Shown: piece by piece, positions 36,601 to 39,911 of the stretch
Layout of the letters: each line of letters opens with the position of its first letter
Position numbering within the stretch: position 1 is the stretch's first letter
IMG/VR virus record: IMGVR_UViG_3300020042_006136
Span: 1 to 39,911 of that record
DNA from: a virus
Lineage: Duplodnaviria; Caudoviricetes
DNA length: 39,911 bases
Strand: one strand, 5' to 3'
Program-made: the position numbers and the translations under genes
The notes under the pieces: model-generated
Database searches by the model: none
What the model saw: only the letters and a program-made list of their open reading frames with translations
Told to the model about the DNA's origin: nothing

Positions 36601-36861
36601 ATGGCAGAGTATTATTTCACTACCCCCACGATAGATGAAACCCCCGCAGGTGACCACATCCTTTTTGCTAGGTTTGAATTACCTCGTGGCATAACCGTGC
36701 TTCGCATAAATGGGGTGTATTCTTCATACAGGTACCCAAGCCAGATACTAACCAATACGGCTGAGGAGTATTACCCAGGAGGTACAAAGACTTTGGTTAG
36801 TCAAGCAACAGCCGATGAGTTAACCGCTCAAGGCTACGGAGCAAACATAACACCAGCATGA
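36601..36861 (+). CDS. Hypothetical protein
   Basis: ATG 36601 with AAGGAGG RBS, 86 aa. Confidence 0.75.
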   Translation: MAEYYFTTPTIDETPAGDHILFARFELPRGITVLRINGVYSSYRYPSQILTNTAEEYYPGGTKTLVSQATADELTAQGYGANITPA

Positions 36862-37109
36862 GCCTACATCAATTACAAGTACATCCAGAGTTTGTTGAGG
36901 GTTGTTTTGGATGCAAAGTCGGAACATTACAATTAAGCCCAGGTGAAACAAACTCTCGTTTAAACATATCTACCCGTAAATGGGATAAAGAGTTACAAGC
37001 CTATAGAGATGCCAGAGCACAGGGTATTCAACCCGATGGCACAAGTATGAAGAAGATAGAACAAGCAGTAAAGATTTCAAATGAAACTGGAAAAGCATAC
37101 GGAGTATAG
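36858..37109 (+). CDS. Hypothetical protein
   Basis: HPEFVEGCFGCK...YRDARAQGIQP. Confidence 0.75.
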   Translation: MSLHQLQVHPEFVEGCFGCKVGTLQLSPGETNSRLNISTRKWDKELQAYRDARAQGIQPDGTSMKKIEQAVKISNETGKAYGV

Positions 37110-37117
37110 GAGAAAAC

Positions 37118-37369
37118 ATGGCTGCTCGTAAACCAAAAAAACAACCCATTAAGCGTGTGCGTACAGTCAAAAATGAGGAACATACAGAACTAGAAATGTA
37201 CTGTATATGGCTCAATGAATACTATCAATCATTATTAAAATCTGGTTTTAAGTCCGATATAGCAATGGCGTTTGTTATGGACAAAGCATCATACCCACCA
37301 TGGGTAGAGTACAAACCAACTGAAGATGAGATTCGGCGCATGTTTGATGAAGGGGATGGCGATGAGTAG
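37118..37369 (+). CDS. Hypothetical protein
   Basis: 83 aa, AGGAG RBS. Confidence 0.75.
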   Translation: MAARKPKKQPIKRVRTVKNEEHTELEMYCIWLNEYYQSLLKSGFKSDIAMAFVMDKASYPPWVEYKPTEDEIRRMFDEGDGDE

Positions 37370-37451
37370 TCCAATTATCCCTGAGCCGATGTGGGGACTG
37401 CCCTCACCCACTATAACCGATGAGGACATCTACGAAGAAGAGGATGAGTAA
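37362..37451 (+). CDS. Small acidic protein (29 aa)
   Basis: MSSPIIPEPMWGLPSP...EEEDE fills gap. Confidence 0.45.
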   Translation: MSSPIIPEPMWGLPSPTITDEDIYEEEDE

Positions 37452-37454
37452 CAC

Positions 37455-37589
37455 ATGCCAATGGTAAACGGAAAAGAATACTCTTACTCTAAAAAAGGTA
37501 TGGCTATGGCTAAGAAAGATGCCAAGAAGTCAGGCAAGAAAATGGCTATGAAAAAAATGACTATGAAGAAAATGGGCAAAAAGAAATAG
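37455..37589 (+). CDS. Small Lys/Met-rich basic protein (44 aa)
   Basis: MPMVNGKEYSYSKKGMAMAKKDAKK... Confidence 0.7.
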   Translation: MPMVNGKEYSYSKKGMAMAKKDAKKSGKKMAMKKMTMKKMGKKK

Positions 37590-37849
37590 TGGCAAAAGAT
37601 TCAAGACTTGCAAGGGCTGGCGTATCAGGTTTTAATAAACCAAAGCGTACGCCAAGTCACCCAAGTAAATCACATGTAGTAGTAGCCAAGTCTGGCTCTC
37701 AAGTAAAAACAATTCGTTTCGGACAACAGGGTGTAAGTGGTGATAAAACACCAACTGCACGACAAAAATCGTTTAAAGCACGACATGCTAAAAACATTTC
37801 CAAAGGGAAAATGAGTGCAGCATATTGGGCGGATAAGGTGAAATGGTGA
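37589..37849 (+). CDS. Conserved basic phage protein
   Basis: KTIRFGQQG...KSFKARH...SAAYWADKVKW. Confidence 0.8.
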   Translation: MAKDSRLARAGVSGFNKPKRTPSHPSKSHVVVAKSGSQVKTIRFGQQGVSGDKTPTARQKSFKARHAKNISKGKMSAAYWADKVKW

Positions 37850-38016
37850 AAGGTAAAGCATTTTGGGACAAGAAGAATCCAAACAAGACATCTACAAAAC
37901 TGACTTCTGCACAGAAGGCTGCTGCCAGGGCTCGTGCAAAGGCTGCGGGTCGGAAGTATCCCAACCTTGTGGACAACGCTGCTGTAGCACGCAAGGTTAA
38001 AAAGAAAGGTAAGTAA
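37843..38016 (+). CDS. Small basic protein (57 aa)
   Basis: KLTSAQKAAARARAKAAGRKYPNLVDN. Confidence 0.7.
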   Translation: MVKGKAFWDKKNPNKTSTKLTSAQKAAARARAKAAGRKYPNLVDNAAVARKVKKKGK

Positions 38017-38291
38017 TGGCAACAGGAACTGCAGGTAGTACATTTACTAGTGAACTTAATCGTTTAGCCAATGGTGGTACTTATCCTGCCCTAACCACTT
38101 ACAAAGATACACAAGGTGCTGCAAATGCCTACGCTAGTACATCTGGTCTAGGCATTATTGCTGCCCTTAATAAGAAGGCAGATGCTAACCGCCAACCTAA
38201 TAACTATAAAGGTTTAAATGCTATATGTAATGAACTTGCTAGTACCACCAATTTATCAGCGGTAGTTGCTTTAAGGAGTATTAATATATGA
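38016..38291 (+). CDS. Hypothetical virion protein
   Basis: 91 aa, TAATG coupled. Confidence 0.7.
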   Translation: MATGTAGSTFTSELNRLANGGTYPALTTYKDTQGAANAYASTSGLGIIAALNKKADANRQPNNYKGLNAICNELASTTNLSAVVALRSINI

Positions 38292-39181
38292 GTACCTTTA
38301 CTCAACTAACAGACCGTGTAGAAGCGTTACTTCATGGCTATACAGAAAACACCGAGCCAACCTCATGGCTAACCACCAGCGCTACAACAGCATCAACTAC
38401 TTTAACTGTTTATGATGCTACAGTAGTTGGGCGTGGTTATATTGAAATTGATGATGAAATTGTATTTGTTAATAATACAGACAATGTTGCTAATACCTTA
38501 ACCCTTGCCCCATGGGGTAGAGCGCAGCGTGGTACTACCGTTGCAGAACATAGCACTAATGCTAAGGTTACTGTAAGCCCATTGTTTCCAAGACAAGAAA
38601 TTAAAAATGCAATTAATGACACTATCAATGCTATGTATCCAATGGTGTTTGCTGTTGCTTCTTATGATTTTACCTATGTAGCAGCACAGTATTCTTATTC
38701 AATTCCTGCTGCGGTAGAAAATATTTTAAGTGCTACTTATTCAATAATTGGTCCATCTAAAGAGTGGTTTCCAGTTCGTGCTTGGCAACTAGACCGAACT
38801 GCAGATACTACTGCTTTTACTAATGGTAAAAGCGTATCCATATATTCAGAGGTAGTTCCTGGACAAACAGTACAAATTGCTTACTCTAAGCGCCCAACAT
38901 TACTAAGCAGTAATAGTGATGATTATGCAACTGTCACAGGCTTACCTTCATATTCAGAAGATGTGGTTATTTATGGCGCAGCCTTCCGTATGATTTCTTT
39001 CCTAGACCCATCACGACTTGGTTCTCAATCTGCCTCAGCAGATGTACTAGATGGCGTTAGACCTTCAGGCTCTGGTCAAAATGCTTCCAGATTTTTATTT
39101 AATATTTATCAACAAAGACTTAATGAAGTGGCGGATAACCAACGCCGTCAATATCCAATCCGTTCCCACTACCAAAGATAA
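38288..39181 (+). CDS. Putative head-tail adaptor (tail tubular protein A-like)
   Basis: 297 aa; EIKNAIND and VVIYGAA helices; position between capsid and fibre genes. Confidence 0.55.
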   Translation: MSTFTQLTDRVEALLHGYTENTEPTSWLTTSATTASTTLTVYDATVVGRGYIEIDDEIVFVNNTDNVANTLTLAPWGRAQRGTTVAEHSTNAKVTVSPLFPRQEIKNAINDTINAMYPMVFAVASYDFTYVAAQYSYSIPAAVENILSATYSIIGPSKEWFPVRAWQLDRTADTTAFTNGKSVSIYSEVVPGQTVQIAYSKRPTLLSSNSDDYATVTGLPSYSEDVVIYGAAFRMISFLDPSRLGSQSASADVLDGVRPSGSGQNASRFLFNIYQQRLNEVADNQRRQYPIRSHYQR

Positions 39182-39190
39182 GGTAAAATA

Positions 39191-39911
39191 ATGGCAGCAG
39201 GCGACCCAGGCTCAGTCAAGCGGAATTTCTCCTCAACCGCAGTAGAAACTTCGCTCGTATCATCAATAGGTTCACAAGCACAAGGACAATCAAACACAGC
39301 ATTTATTGTCGCTTCTAATAGCGGTTTTCCATCAGTTCCTTTTACATTAATAGTTGACCCAGATACCTCCAAAGAAGAAGTTGTAACGGTTACTGCTGCA
39401 AGCAGTACAACACTTACTGTTACTCGTGGTGAAGATAGCACACAAGGTGTAGCCCACTCTGCTGGTGCTGTCGTAAGACACGGTGTATCTGGTAGAGATT
39501 TCCGTGAGGAACAAACCCATATTGCTGCTCGTGGTTATGATGCAGATTCTGCAATACTTGCATTAGCATCCCAAACGCATGTGCATGGTTTAGTAGCCGC
39601 TGACGGTAGCGTAGTAGGCACAGATGCTTTACAGACTCTTACTCGTAAAACTTTAACCTCTCCTACAATTACCAACCCAACCATTACTGGTGCTGGTGTT
39701 GATGCAAGTATTGTTTTTGAGGGTGCTACTGCTGATGCACATGAAACTACTTTAACTGTAACAGACCCAACAGCAGATAGAACAATTACTTTACCTAATG
39801 CAACTGGAACTGTAGCCCTTGTTGCAAATGTGTTAGCCCTTTCTGGTGGCACTATGTCTGGTGCCATTGCAATGGGTACTAGCAAAATTACAGGTATGGG
39901 CGACCCAACAT
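39191..39911 (+). CDS. Tail fibre protein, 5' part (continues across the junction)
   Basis: MAAGDPGSVKRNFSSTAVET...EEVVTVTAASSTTLTVTRG; open to contig end and in frame with base 1. Confidence 0.85.
   Translation, partial: MAAGDPGSVKRNFSSTAVETSLVSSIGSQAQGQSNTAFIVASNSGFPSVPFTLIVDPDTSKEEVVTVTAASSTTLTVTRGEDSTQGVAHSAGAVVRHGVSGRDFREEQTHIAARGYDADSAILALASQTHVHGLVAADGSVVGTDALQTLTRKTLTSPTITNPTITGAGVDASIVFEGATADAHETTLTVTDPTADRTITLPNATGTVALVANVLALSGGTMSGAIAMGTSKITGMGDPT
39791..39911. repeat. Terminal direct repeat, copy 2
   Basis: Identical to 1-121. Confidence 0.95.

Overview
This window is a complete, circularly assembled genome (about 39,790 bp; bases 1-121 repeat exactly at 39791-39911) of a low-GC tailed phage with podovirus-like architecture. 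A WhiB gene, a split primase and other actinophage-type genes point to an actinobacterial host, plausibly a low-GC freshwater lineage such as acI (inference). It has three blocks. (1) Rightward virion and lysis genes from 21274 through the junction to 8278: terminase, portal, large internal virion proteins, scaffold, major capsid, tail and fibres, CHAP endolysin, holins. (2) Rightward replication genes at 8723-15029: PD-(D/E)XK nuclease, helicase, glycosyltransferase, resolvase, split primase, sigma-like factor, dNMP kinase. (3) A leftward, presumably early, block of small genes at 15076-20624, including a SprT-like protease, an SLT transglycosylase and WhiB. No DNA polymerase, integrase or canonical tRNA was recognised. 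The most unusual signals are in the leftward block: about 23 copies of a pseudo-palindromic TGTCTTAA(GACA) motif, many fused to an AAGACAGGAG ribosome-binding leader; an operon terminator whose loop is the exact antisense of that leader; two ~45-nt tRNA-like mini-elements with compensatory changes; and CRP-type boxes at a near-fixed distance from TTGACA. All product calls come from motif recognition by eye, not database searches.
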